The notes below the pieces were generated by a model. It worked only from the letters and a program-made list of their open reading frames with translations, was not told where the DNA came from and did not search any database. A DNA stretch of 48,227 nt from a candidate division WOR-3 bacterium (GTDB taxonomy: Bacteria; SDB-A): NCBI GenBank assembly GCA_016934535.1, contig JAFGSQ010000049.1, forward strand, positions 1-48,227. Direction: 5' to 3'. Shown here in pieces: positions 1 through 8,739 of this stretch. The translations under genes were made by a program, and so were the position numbers. The first letter of the stretch is position 1. Each line of letters opens with the position of its first letter.

Positions 1-18
1 ATCGAGCTCTTATTTAAT

Positions 19-1962
19 TTATCTATTCCTGTCCGAATTCCTGTCTGTGCTCTGCCTCCTGTTGTTTTCCTCGCGGTCGTTCTGCGGAGGGCGCTGGTTT
101 TGCGGAGGATTGTTGTTCCTAGTGTCGTTGTTTGTTTCAGGCCTGGTGTTGTTGTTTGTCGGCGGTGTGTAGTTTCTCTGATTGTCGTTGGACTCGTTTC
201 TCTGGTTGTTGTTGGTCGGAGGATTGTTGTTCCTGGTGTCGTTGTTTGTTTCAGGCCTGGTGTTGTTGTTTGTCGGCGGTGTGTAGTTTCTCTGATCGTC
301 GTTGGACTCGTTACTCTGGTTGTTGTTCGTCGGAGGATTGTTGTTCCTTGTGTTGTTGGTTTCAGGTCTCGTGTTATTATTTGTCGGAGGGTTGTTGTTC
401 CTTGTGTCGCTGTTGGTTTCAGGTCTGGTGTTGCTGTTTGTCGGAGGATTTGTTCTCGTCGTCGGCTGTGTCGCAGTGACGCGCGAGTTGTTTTCCTGTG
501 GAGGAGTTCTCGTCGTTATGTCTCCCTGTCTGGGTGGTCTCATATCGGAGTTTACCGTTGGTGTTCTTTCGTTGACGGGACGGGAAGAAGTCAGAGATCC
601 GTTGTTTCTTGCAGTGAGATCGTTGCCTGATCTCGTATTTAGAGTCGGACTGCGGTCGTTCGGATTGGCAGGTGACCTGTTTTCTATATTCTCTCTGACC
701 GGTTCCAACTGTCTGCTGGAAATCTCGGGAATTTCTCTGACTGGAGTATTTGGGTTTACACTCGTCAAACGATCGTCCAGGGATGGATTTCTGCTTGAAA
801 TATCGGGACCTTCAGGCGATCTGACCATGCTTCCGCTGCTTATATCGGGGAAGTCAACAGGATCGTATGTTCGCGTCGGCTTGTCGCCGACAAAACCGTA
901 CAGAGGATCGTGGTATCTGTATCTCGGCCTGTAGAATGATTCATGAGAGACGCAAATCCACCAGTGGTCGTAATACCAAGGGTACCAATAATAATAAGGA
1001 TAAGGATACCATGCTATCCAGCCGGGTCCCCACCACCAGACCACTCTCGCAGGATACCATCTTGCGCCGGGAACCCAAATCCATCCCCAGCTGTTGGAAT
1101 AAACCCAATAGCCGTAATGATAGGTCCACCAGCCCCAGGGTTCATAGGAAACCCAGGTCCAACCCCAGGCTGACGTCCAGACCCATTCACCGTCGTAATA
1201 AGGCTTCCAGTTCACATGAGCAGGTTTGGGTTTCCAGCAATAACCGTGAGAAGAAACGTATATCCAGGTGCCGTTTTCATCCAGTGTCTGAGAACTGTTC
1301 TCTATGTTTTTGGGGACGTAAGCCCTACTGGGAGAACTCGCTGTTTCGTAAGTAGAGGATTTGTAAGGCAGAGAAGTTATTGATGAATTCTGAGGGACCG
1401 GTTTGGTCACGATTGAACCGATTCCAGTGGAATTTATGGTGACGCAATCACCGGCTTCGAGGAGTTTTTCCTCTCTTTTCGTCTTGTAAGCGCCCGAACC
1501 TTTGATCACTTCGGCTTCAATTTCACCTGCACTGTTGACATTGGCGCGAATCACACCGGAAGGAAACGAAGTTATTATTCCAACATCGGTTTCAAGATCG
1601 AGGTAACTTTTTGAGCTTTCGTCGGATGAAGAGAACATCTCAAATTCACCGAAATTTGCGTAAACTCTCGTCGAAAGAGAATTGTCGTCTTCGCTTTGAC
1701 CTGTGTGAATTATCAAACAGGAAGAATTTTCACCAATTCGTATAGTCGAACCGTCTTCGATGTCTATTTCGAGGTATCCGCTTTTCACATAAATTGAATC
1801 GCCGGATTCGACCGGAAGATTGACTATGCCGTATTCGGGATTGTCCGAATACGACTTCAATATTATCACTTCACCTGAAACCACGCTCATTCTCGCCGGT
1901 AATTGTCCGGAAATAAGTAAGGTTGGTAACAGGCATAAAATAATCGCAGAGAATATCTTCAT
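19..1962 (-). CDS. Secreted FecR-like / DUF6600-type Trp-rich protein with a long Asn/Pro/Thr-rich repetitive C-terminal tail
   Basis: ATG at 1962 follows AAAGGAGG, so the start is trimmed from 1980. Signal peptide MKIFSAIILCLLPTLLISG. FecR-like N-terminal region (NLPVESGDSIY..GYLEIDIEDGSTIRIGENS). DUF6600-like Trp-rich block (WKPYYDGEWVWTSAWGWTWVSYEPWGWWTYHYGYW..WIWVPG..WYPARVVW). Confidence 0.8.
   Translation of the reverse strand: MKIFSAIILCLLPTLLISGQLPARMSVVSGEVIILKSYSDNPEYGIVNLPVESGDSIYVKSGYLEIDIEDGSTIRIGENSSCLIIHTGQSEDDNSLSTRVYANFGEFEMFSSSDESSKSYLDLETDVGIITSFPSGVIRANVNSAGEIEAEVIKGSGAYKTKREEKLLEAGDCVTINSTGIGSIVTKPVPQNSSITSLPYKSSTYETASSPSRAYVPKNIENSSQTLDENGTWIYVSSHGYCWKPKPAHVNWKPYYDGEWVWTSAWGWTWVSYEPWGWWTYHYGYWVYSNSWGWIWVPGARWYPARVVWWWGPGWIAWYPYPYYYWYPWYYDHWWICVSHESFYRPRYRYHDPLYGFVGDKPTRTYDPVDFPDISSGSMVRSPEGPDISSRNPSLDDRLTSVNPNTPVREIPEISSRQLEPVRENIENRSPANPNDRSPTLNTRSGNDLTARNNGSLTSSRPVNERTPTVNSDMRPPRQGDITTRTPPQENNSRVTATQPTTRTNPPTNSNTRPETNSDTRNNNPPTNNNTRPETNNTRNNNPPTNNNQSNESNDDQRNYTPPTNNNTRPETNNDTRNNNPPTNNNQRNESNDNQRNYTPPTNNNTRPETNNDTRNNNPPQNQRPPQNDREENNRRQSTDRNSDRNR
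103..460 (-). repeat. Coding tandem repeat: ~57-bp units with a 114-bp higher-order period
   Basis: The cgg(a/c)gg anchor (Pro-Pro codons on the minus strand) recurs at 103, 160, 217, 274, 331, 385 and 442. Blocks 103-216 and 217-330 are near identical and encode RNNNPPTNNN / RNYTPPTNNNTRPETNNDT units. Confidence 0.9.
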
Positions 1963-1988
1963 TTGTCCTCCTTTTATCATCTGTCAAA

Positions 1989-2017
1989 ATTATATGCAAT
2001 AAATATGCCTTAATGAA
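1989..2017 (-). promoter_or_regulatory. Putative sigma70 promoter of the DUF6600-type gene
   Basis: Minus strand TTCATT-17 nt-TATAAT in the AT-rich divergent intergenic region. Confidence 0.45.
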
Positions 2018-2151
2018 ATAAATGATATAAGCCACGATATAAAGAATGAAATATATGTAATTCCATTTTTTGTTGAATTTTGAGTAATGATAGAAGCACA
2101 AAATATGTGCGACACCTTGACAATGGACATCATATCTTGAGAAGATAAAGC

Positions 2152-3039
2152 ATGGATGAAAAATTCAAAAGCGGATACGTGGGTATTTTCGGTCTTCCAA
2201 ACGCGGGTAAATCAACTCTGCTCAATAATCTTATAGATTTTGAGCTTTCTCCTGTGTCGAAAAAACCTCAGATGACCAGAAACCGGATACTCGGTATTTT
2301 AAACGGAAATTCCTATCAGATCATTTTTGTTGATACACCGGGTTTTCTGGAGCCCAGATATAAACTGCAAGAACGCATGTCTGAAGAGATAAACAAAACG
2401 GTAAAAGATTGCGATGCGGCTCTTTATATCACGGATCCCGTAATGCCTGCCGAAAAAGATGTTGACCTGGCATTGTCCCTCAAAGTTCCAGTGATTTTGT
2501 GCGTCAATAAAACTGACAAAGTGAAAGACAAAAGAGAGCTTCTCCCTGTCATTGACGAGTGGAGGAAAAAAAGAGATTTCAGCGACATAATTCTAATATC
2601 GGCTTTGAAGGGTGAAAATACAGGAAAAATACATGAGTCTGTTTTAAAACTTTTGCCCCCGGGACCGAAGTATTTTGACGATGATGCAATAACGGACAAA
2701 CCCGAAAGATTTTACACGGCGGAGATTATTAGAGAAACTTGCTTTGGTCTGTACGAAAAAGAAATACCTTATTCAATATCAGTAGTCGTCGAAGATTTCA
2801 AAGAAAGAACAGGCGGCAAGAAACATTACGTAAAAGCATCTCTTTATGTTGAGAGAAAATCTCAAAAAGGTATTGTGATAGGACAAGACGGCAAAATGAT
2901 AAAAAAACTCGGAACACTGTCGAGAGAAAAAATTAAATCATTTCTCGGTCAGGATGTTTTTCTCGATTTAAGCGTAAAATTGATGAAGAACTGGAAAGAC
3001 GATTCTGATAAAATTTCCAAGCTCGGATACAATAATTAG
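2152..3039 (+). CDS. era: GTPase Era
   Basis: FKSGYVGIFGLPNAGKST (G1), DTPG (G3), NKTD (G4), ISA (G5), and a KH domain with EIPYS and SQKGIVIG. Confidence 0.97.
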   Translation: MDEKFKSGYVGIFGLPNAGKSTLLNNLIDFELSPVSKKPQMTRNRILGILNGNSYQIIFVDTPGFLEPRYKLQERMSEEINKTVKDCDAALYITDPVMPAEKDVDLALSLKVPVILCVNKTDKVKDKRELLPVIDEWRKKRDFSDIILISALKGENTGKIHESVLKLLPPGPKYFDDDAITDKPERFYTAEIIRETCFGLYEKEIPYSISVVVEDFKERTGGKKHYVKASLYVERKSQKGIVIGQDGKMIKKLGTLSREKIKSFLGQDVFLDLSVKLMKNWKDDSDKISKLGYNN

Positions 3040-3048
3040 GAGGCTCCG

Positions 3049-3258
3049 TTGGATAAAATCCTGATCGGCGAGATATTGATCGATCAAGGTCACATAGACA
3101 GTGAAACTCTGAAAGAGGCGCTTCAAATCCAAAAAGATAAAAAGAAGAACGGAGAAGAAAAGAAGTTGGGAGAAATACTTATAGACCAGGGCTGGATAGA
3201 AGAAGGCATTCTGTTCGACGCTCTGTTCACTCAGAGTAAAAAGAAAAATGAAAATTGA
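3049..3258 (+). CDS. Small stand-alone MshEN/GspE-N-like protein
   Basis: TTG start after AGGAGG. Two copies of the (L/I)GEILIDQGxIxxxxLxxALxxQ motif. Confidence 0.75.
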   Translation: MDKILIGEILIDQGHIDSETLKEALQIQKDKKKNGEEKKLGEILIDQGWIEEGILFDALFTQSKKKNEN

Positions 3259-3730
3259 AATTGTGCCGGTTTTTTCGGCAATGTTGATCCTGTGTATCGG
3301 CTGCAGTGAAAACGATCGGACTTTATCTTCCGAGAGCGATTACTCGCCTGAATATTACGGATACTCGCCTGATTTCGATGATGCGGTCGCCGTCATAAAC
3401 GGAGAAACCCTTTTCATAGAAATCGCGGACGACGACAATGAGAGATCTTTGGGTCTTATGTTCAGGGATTCCCTCGAGGGTGATGCAGGTATGCTCTTTG
3501 TATTCGAAGAACCTCAAAAATTGAATTTTTGGATGAAGAACACTTCTCTGGAACTCGATATAGCCTTTGCCGATTCTCAATTCATAATAAGGGAAATAAA
3601 GCCTCTGGAGCCCTATTCTGTAGAAAACATTTTTTCCGGTTTCGACGCCCAATATGCTCTCGAAGTCAACAGAGGCTGGTTTTCGTCAAAAAATGTTTCT
3701 TTGGGTGATAAGATTCAAATAATCAAATAG
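3248..3730 (+). CDS. DUF192 family protein, probable lipoprotein
   Basis: IEIAD..ERSLGLMFR..GMLFVF..FWMKNT..LDIAF..YALEVNRG motifs. Hydrophobic N-terminus ending in CIGC. Confidence 0.92.
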   Translation: MKIEIVPVFSAMLILCIGCSENDRTLSSESDYSPEYYGYSPDFDDAVAVINGETLFIEIADDDNERSLGLMFRDSLEGDAGMLFVFEEPQKLNFWMKNTSLELDIAFADSQFIIREIKPLEPYSVENIFSGFDAQYALEVNRGWFSSKNVSLGDKIQIIK

Positions 3731-3739
3731 GAGGTTTTT

Positions 3740-4594
3740 ATGCGCCGAGTAATCATACTGATTCTGGTTTTTGGATTTGCCGTTTCTTTTTTTTCATGTT
3801 CGAAAAAAACGACATCTCCCGTGGAGGAACCTAAAAGATGGGAGCCGACGGATCCCGCACAGGGAGGATCAGGTCTGCAGATATATTACCTGATGGGTTT
3901 TTTCCCGGATGATTATCCCGGCCTTCCGTTTCAACTGCCGTTAGACGGTTTTTTGAGAACCGCTTTTGCCAAAGTCATGAGAGGAAATTCCGACGTCACC
4001 GGGCTTCATATATATTTCAAGGAGCAGGGCGGAGATTCGGCTTTTCTTAAGTGCTTCACAGATCTCGACAGTTTTTATTTTCCTACTATGGCATTGCCGT
4101 ATTATCCTTTTGAAATTCTTTATCCTTTCCAGATAGGCAAGACTTATTCAATTAAATTCAAAACAAACGAGGGAGAGGCAAACGGAAGTGTTGTTATGCC
4201 TTACATTGACATGACCTATCCTTCAGCTTCAGACACTGTCATTTCTTTATCCAGTATAAACAGCGCAGGCTACCTCAGGCTCAGATGGTCAACGAATTAC
4301 GGATCCGTTTCAACAAATCCGGCACTAGCGCTCATTCAGATAACCGGATCTTCAATCTTCGGACCTGTACCTGTACCGCTGCCGCATGCAGTGAATCAAA
4401 TTGATATACCCGCAACATTCTTCAACGCGGGCAACATGACTGTCTATATTCAGGCGTTGAACCTGGACACTGTCAGCGGCAATATCCTTCTCTATGACAC
4501 CATAATTTTACCTGGTAACATAGACACGATTATAGGCAATTACTGTTTCCCGGCGGCAACTTATGTCAGTTACAGAAAAATAAGAATAAACTGA
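3740..4594 (+). CDS. Hypothetical lipoprotein
   Basis: AGGAGG RBS. MRR + hydrophobic stretch + FFSC lipobox. No recognised domain. Confidence 0.75.
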   Translation: MRRVIILILVFGFAVSFFSCSKKTTSPVEEPKRWEPTDPAQGGSGLQIYYLMGFFPDDYPGLPFQLPLDGFLRTAFAKVMRGNSDVTGLHIYFKEQGGDSAFLKCFTDLDSFYFPTMALPYYPFEILYPFQIGKTYSIKFKTNEGEANGSVVMPYIDMTYPSASDTVISLSSINSAGYLRLRWSTNYGSVSTNPALALIQITGSSIFGPVPVPLPHAVNQIDIPATFFNAGNMTVYIQALNLDTVSGNILLYDTIILPGNIDTIIGNYCFPAATYVSYRKIRIN

Positions 4595-4607
4595 ACGGAG
4601 TACATCT

Positions 4608-4955
4608 ATGATAAAAATAATAGCCGAAAACGAAGCGATAAAATCCGTCATGAACGAAGGGGAGATAAAAGGATTGACAAAGAATCTTTTAATTGGCTCC
4701 AGGGAGGGAAACCCGTCGATGGCTCTCAGAGTCATGGAACTCGAAGAAGGGGGATACACTCCATTCCACGAACATCAGTGGGAGCACATCAACTACGTAC
4801 TCGACGGTGAAGGGATCATTAAGACTGAACAGGGCGATAAAAAGCTCCAGAAGGGTTCAGCTGTGCTTGTTCCTGCAGGAGAAAAACATCAGTATCTCAA
4901 TGGAGGAAAAGAAAAATTTCGATTTATATGCCTGGTGCCGGTGGAAAGGGAATGA
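4608..4955 (+). CDS. Cupin domain protein
   Basis: GGYTPFHEHQWEHINYVLDGEG and VPAGEKHQY cupin motifs. Confidence 0.93.
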   Translation: MIKIIAENEAIKSVMNEGEIKGLTKNLLIGSREGNPSMALRVMELEEGGYTPFHEHQWEHINYVLDGEGIIKTEQGDKKLQKGSAVLVPAGEKHQYLNGGKEKFRFICLVPVERE

Positions 4956-5497
4956 AGAAAGGCTTATTTCCGCTTGTTTCAGCGCTGATCCTCTCATCAT
5001 GTTCGTCCCCGAGCGAATTCAGGAGTTTGAAAACAATCAAGCTTATGCCGGAAATAATAAGAGTTTCGTCTCCGGATACTTTTTTGATGCAGGCGGAAGC
5101 CGTTTCGAGAGGAGAGCTCGCATACATTCTTGAGACGAGAATTTCCTCTCGCGGTCTGCTTGAGCTTTTTGCCGTAAAAAGTTACACCCCCTCCGTGGAC
5201 ATCTCGGCGCATTGGGCAGGTGAATTCATTGAAAAAGTCACAGAAAGAAACATAATGTCCGCTTTTCCGGACGGAGGATTTTATCCGGATGATCCGGTAA
5301 AGGAATTTCAGCTCGCGATTATTCTCTACAGAATGTTTATAGGGGTCGCCTCACCCGGTTACAAGAGTGACGTTTACAACGAAAGCTGGGATTGGGCTAA
5401 GGAGAACGGCTTTGTTACGGGAGACAGGAATGATTATGTCTCCGGCTCCCAGGCCATGGAAAGCGTAAAAAGATTCTGCGACTATCTCGCCAATTGA
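4952..5497 (+). CDS. Lipoprotein with an S-layer homology (SLH)-like domain
   Basis: Start moved to ATG 4952 (ATGA overlap with the cupin stop). LSSC lipobox. VDISAHWAGEFIEKVTERNIMSAFPDGGFYPDDPVKEFQLAIILYRM matches the SLH pattern. Confidence 0.72.
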   Translation: MKKGLFPLVSALILSSCSSPSEFRSLKTIKLMPEIIRVSSPDTFLMQAEAVSRGELAYILETRISSRGLLELFAVKSYTPSVDISAHWAGEFIEKVTERNIMSAFPDGGFYPDDPVKEFQLAIILYRMFIGVASPGYKSDVYNESWDWAKENGFVTGDRNDYVSGSQAMESVKRFCDYLAN

Positions 5498-6804
5498 ATG
5501 ATAAAATGCCTGTAAAAGTCGTAAAAATCCACAAGAAAGGACTTTTCCGGGATTTGGGAATCCGGACCGGGGACGAAATAATTTCAGTGAACGGCAACGA
5601 AATCAGTGATTACTTTGATCTGTCTTTCTGGTCGTCGTCATATAAAGGTAAAATAATCTGGAAGAACGAAGGCGTTCGTAGAATCGCTGATCTTAGTGAA
5701 TTCAAGCAAACTCACCTCGGTGTCGACATTGAACCTTTTAAATACAAAATGTGCGCAAACAGATGCGCATTTTGTTTTGTAGACCAAAACCCGAAAAATT
5801 CGAGGGTAACTCTGAATTTCAAAGACGACGACTACAGGCTTTCTTTTCTCGGCGGAGCATACATAACAGGGACCAATCTCACTGAAAGCGAAATTATAAA
5901 GATTACAAAAATGAGGCTTTCTCCCATATACATCAGCGTCCACGCGAGCGATGCTGAAATCAGAGGAAAAATGTTCGGCAGAGACCGCCCCGCGCCTGTT
6001 ATGCCGTTGCTGAAAAGACTTGTAAACTCAGGAATCGCCGTACATACACAGGTTGTCGTCGTGCCTGGTATAAACGACGGAAAAATTCTGGAAAAAACGC
6101 TCTCTGATCTCACCGGTTTGAAAGTCAGGTCGGTCGCTCTTGTTCCCGTTGGTTTGACAAAACACAGAAAGAACCTTGCGCCCCTGAAAGAAGTTTCAGC
6201 TGAAGCGGCGCGTGGGATAATAAATCTCGCATCTTCAAGCACGGTGCAAAAATTAAAATTTTCGACTCCGGTGTACTGCACGGATCAGATGTTTTTGACT
6301 GCAAAACTTGACGTTCCGGAAAGATGTTATTACGGGGATTACCCGCAGCTCGAGAACGGTGTCGGCGGTATCAGGCTTTTCCTGGAAAGCATTAAAAAGA
6401 TAGGAAAAATCAAAATAAATTTTCCGCTTTTCATAATGACCGGAGAGGCTATGCACCCTTTCGTTCAAAGACTGGCTGATAAGATATCGACGGGCAGATT
6501 AAAAGCGATGGCTGTTCCTGTCGCAAACGCGTATTTCGGAAAGAAAGTGAATACCGCCGGGCTTATCTCGGGAAATGATTTTTTAAAAGCCGCCGCCAAA
6601 TTGGATGACGGCCTGATCACTCTGCCTTGCAGATCTATAAATCACGACGGTTATTTTATAGACGACCTGAAACCCGTTGACATAACATCCGCAACGGGAA
6701 GAAATGTTTTAATTTGCCCGGAGAAACCGGGTATTTTTTTCAACAAACTTGATAAATTGACCAAAGCGAGTATAAAATCAAAGCATGCCAAAACCTTTAA
6801 TTAG
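5494..6804 (+). CDS. PDZ / radical-SAM-like DUF512 family protein
   Basis: N-terminal PDZ-like GIRTGDEIISVNG, CANRCAFCFVDQNP (CxxxCxxC), KDDDYRLSFL, PIYISVHA and YPQLENGVG. This family typically lies upstream of der. Confidence 0.92.
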   Translation: MNDKMPVKVVKIHKKGLFRDLGIRTGDEIISVNGNEISDYFDLSFWSSSYKGKIIWKNEGVRRIADLSEFKQTHLGVDIEPFKYKMCANRCAFCFVDQNPKNSRVTLNFKDDDYRLSFLGGAYITGTNLTESEIIKITKMRLSPIYISVHASDAEIRGKMFGRDRPAPVMPLLKRLVNSGIAVHTQVVVVPGINDGKILEKTLSDLTGLKVRSVALVPVGLTKHRKNLAPLKEVSAEAARGIINLASSSTVQKLKFSTPVYCTDQMFLTAKLDVPERCYYGDYPQLENGVGGIRLFLESIKKIGKIKINFPLFIMTGEAMHPFVQRLADKISTGRLKAMAVPVANAYFGKKVNTAGLISGNDFLKAAAKLDDGLITLPCRSINHDGYFIDDLKPVDITSATGRNVLICPEKPGIFFNKLDKLTKASIKSKHAKTFN

Positions 6805-8098
6805 CATAATAGGAAGACAGAACGTCGGAAAATCCACATTGTTCAACAGACTGTTGGGCAAGAGAAAAGCGATCGTCGACGATAAGCCTGGTGTGACCAG
6901 GGATTTCAATTACGGAGACGTCGATTGGTGCGGTGAGATGTACAGTTTCGTAGACACCGGAGGATTGTTCGGCTTCGATGCTAAAGCCGGAATAATGGAA
7001 GAAATTTCAGGCATATTGTTGAATCTTCTCGCAAGATCAGCCGCCGCGTTGTTTCTCGTTGACGGAAAAGCGGGATTGAACCCCGGAGACAGTGTGATAG
7101 CAGACATTCTCCGGAAATCAGGAGTAAAGGTAATTCTTGTCGTGAACAAAGCCGACAATCCGTCTTATATTGGCATGGATTTCCCTTTCTTTGAACTCGG
7201 ATTAGGTGAACCTTTGACTATTTCGGCGGGACAGGGAATCGGTATAGGTGAACTTCTCGACGCCGTAAAAGATGCGGTTGCAGGAACAAAGATTGATGAA
7301 AATAATAAATCACTGAAAATAATAATTGCAGGCAGACCGAACGTAGGCAAATCGTCCATTATGAACGCGATTCTGAATAAGAAAAGATCAATAGTGCATA
7401 ACGAACCGGGAACGACAAGAGATCCCGTCAGTGAAGACATAAAATACCACGGACTCGATTTCCAGATTGTCGACACGGCCGGATTCAGAAGAATGGCGAG
7501 AATAGAAAGTTCGATAGAGTATTACAGCATAAAAAGAGCTTGGGACGAATATAAAGAAAGCAGTATAACGCTTGTAGTTGCAGACGCAAGCCAGGGTTTT
7601 GTCAGAGGAGACTGGAGAGTGTTAAAGGAGGTCGAACACTCTGCGGGCGGTTTGATAGTCTGCCTGAACAAAATAGATTTAGTTGATCCTGAACTGCGTG
7701 ATTCTCTGCTGAAAAACGTCAGAACCGCTTTAAAAGCGAGATCTTATATTCCGGTTCTCCTTGTGTCTGCTCTCAGGAAAACGGGGATATCGAGGCTGGT
7801 AAAGAAGATATACGATGTTTACCTCACCGGCACTGCCGAAGTGGACAAATTGAAATTGGAAGAAACTCTTCAGAATTCAGTTCTCCTTCACCATCCTCCT
7901 CTCATAGGGACGAAGAGGGTGAATATAAATTCTTTCGAATTGGTTCACAAACTGCCGCACATAATAGTTGCTCACACTAATCTTCCGGAAGGCCTGACTG
8001 AACCTTATCTTAAATATTTGGAAAAATCGGCGCGATCCGCTTTCGATTTCGAGGGCGTCATGCTAAGGATTAAACCCGTTAAAAAAGCGAAAAAATGA
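6785..8098 (+). CDS. der: Ribosome biogenesis GTPase Der (EngA)
   Basis: Two tandem G domains (GRQNVGKST..GVTRD..DTGG..NKAD; GRPNVGKSS..GTTRD..DTAG..NKID) and a KH-like C-terminus. Confidence 0.96.
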   Translation: MPKPLISIIGRQNVGKSTLFNRLLGKRKAIVDDKPGVTRDFNYGDVDWCGEMYSFVDTGGLFGFDAKAGIMEEISGILLNLLARSAAALFLVDGKAGLNPGDSVIADILRKSGVKVILVVNKADNPSYIGMDFPFFELGLGEPLTISAGQGIGIGELLDAVKDAVAGTKIDENNKSLKIIIAGRPNVGKSSIMNAILNKKRSIVHNEPGTTRDPVSEDIKYHGLDFQIVDTAGFRRMARIESSIEYYSIKRAWDEYKESSITLVVADASQGFVRGDWRVLKEVEHSAGGLIVCLNKIDLVDPELRDSLLKNVRTALKARSYIPVLLVSALRKTGISRLVKKIYDVYLTGTAEVDKLKLEETLQNSVLLHHPPLIGTKRVNINSFELVHKLPHIIVAHTNLPEGLTEPYLKYLEKSARSAFDFEGVMLRIKPVKKAKK

Positions 8099-8739
8099 TC
8101 TTTTTGATTTTATTCGCCACAGTATCTTTTTTTATTGGCGGAGTTCCGACGGGGCTTTTAATATCCAGGCTTTACGGCAAAGATCCTCGCAAAGAGGGCA
8201 GTAAAAACATCGGAGCGACAAACGTACTCAGGACAGTTGGTCCTGTGCCTGGTCTTATTACTTTTGTTCTCGATATCCTTAAAGGTTTTTTACCCGTTCT
8301 CGCGGCGAAAATCGTCTCAGGGATGATTTTTCCCCGGGGATCGTTCCTTGCTGAGTTCACTCCGGCGATAACAGCTCTGACGGCTGTTTTGGGTCATATA
8401 TTTTCTCCGTATTTAAAATTCAGAGGAGGAAAAGGCGTGGCTACAGGGTTAGGTACGATCATAGTTTTAACCCCGCTTCTTTCCGTCGTGTGTTTTTGTA
8501 TTTTTGCTCTGCTCATGGCTGTATTCAGAATTGTTTCGGTGGGTTCGATTATTTCAGCCCTGTCTTACGCCGTTCTTCTCACGGCAATTAAATATTTTGC
8601 CCTACCGTACGATTTGTCGGAGGGAGAACTTTATTACGGATTGGCAGTCGCTTTTTTCGTAGTAATAACTCACAGAAAAAACATATCGAGGCTTTTTAAG
8701 GGTCAGGAGAAAAAAATAAATTGGAAAAAGAACCGGTAA
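8095..8739 (+). CDS. plsY: Glycerol-3-phosphate acyltransferase PlsY
   Basis: GSKNIGATNVLR, DILKG, GHIFSPYLKFRGGKGVAT and HRKNISRL motifs. Confidence 0.97.
   Translation: MIFLILFATVSFFIGGVPTGLLISRLYGKDPRKEGSKNIGATNVLRTVGPVPGLITFVLDILKGFLPVLAAKIVSGMIFPRGSFLAEFTPAITALTAVLGHIFSPYLKFRGGKGVATGLGTIIVLTPLLSVVCFCIFALLMAVFRIVSVGSIISALSYAVLLTAIKYFALPYDLSEGELYYGLAVAFFVVITHRKNISRLFKGQEKKINWKKNR

Noticed and set aside
103-460. Regularly spaced repeats that could be taken for a CRISPR array
   Set aside because: Unit lengths are multiples of 3 within an open reading frame, the would-be spacers are themselves repeated, and no cas genes are present.
100-1355. Plus-strand ORFs rich in Val/Cys/Leu (100..630, 132..479, 302..934, 867..1355)
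   Set aside because: These are antisense shadows of the low-complexity repeat and Trp-rich region of the minus-strand gene.
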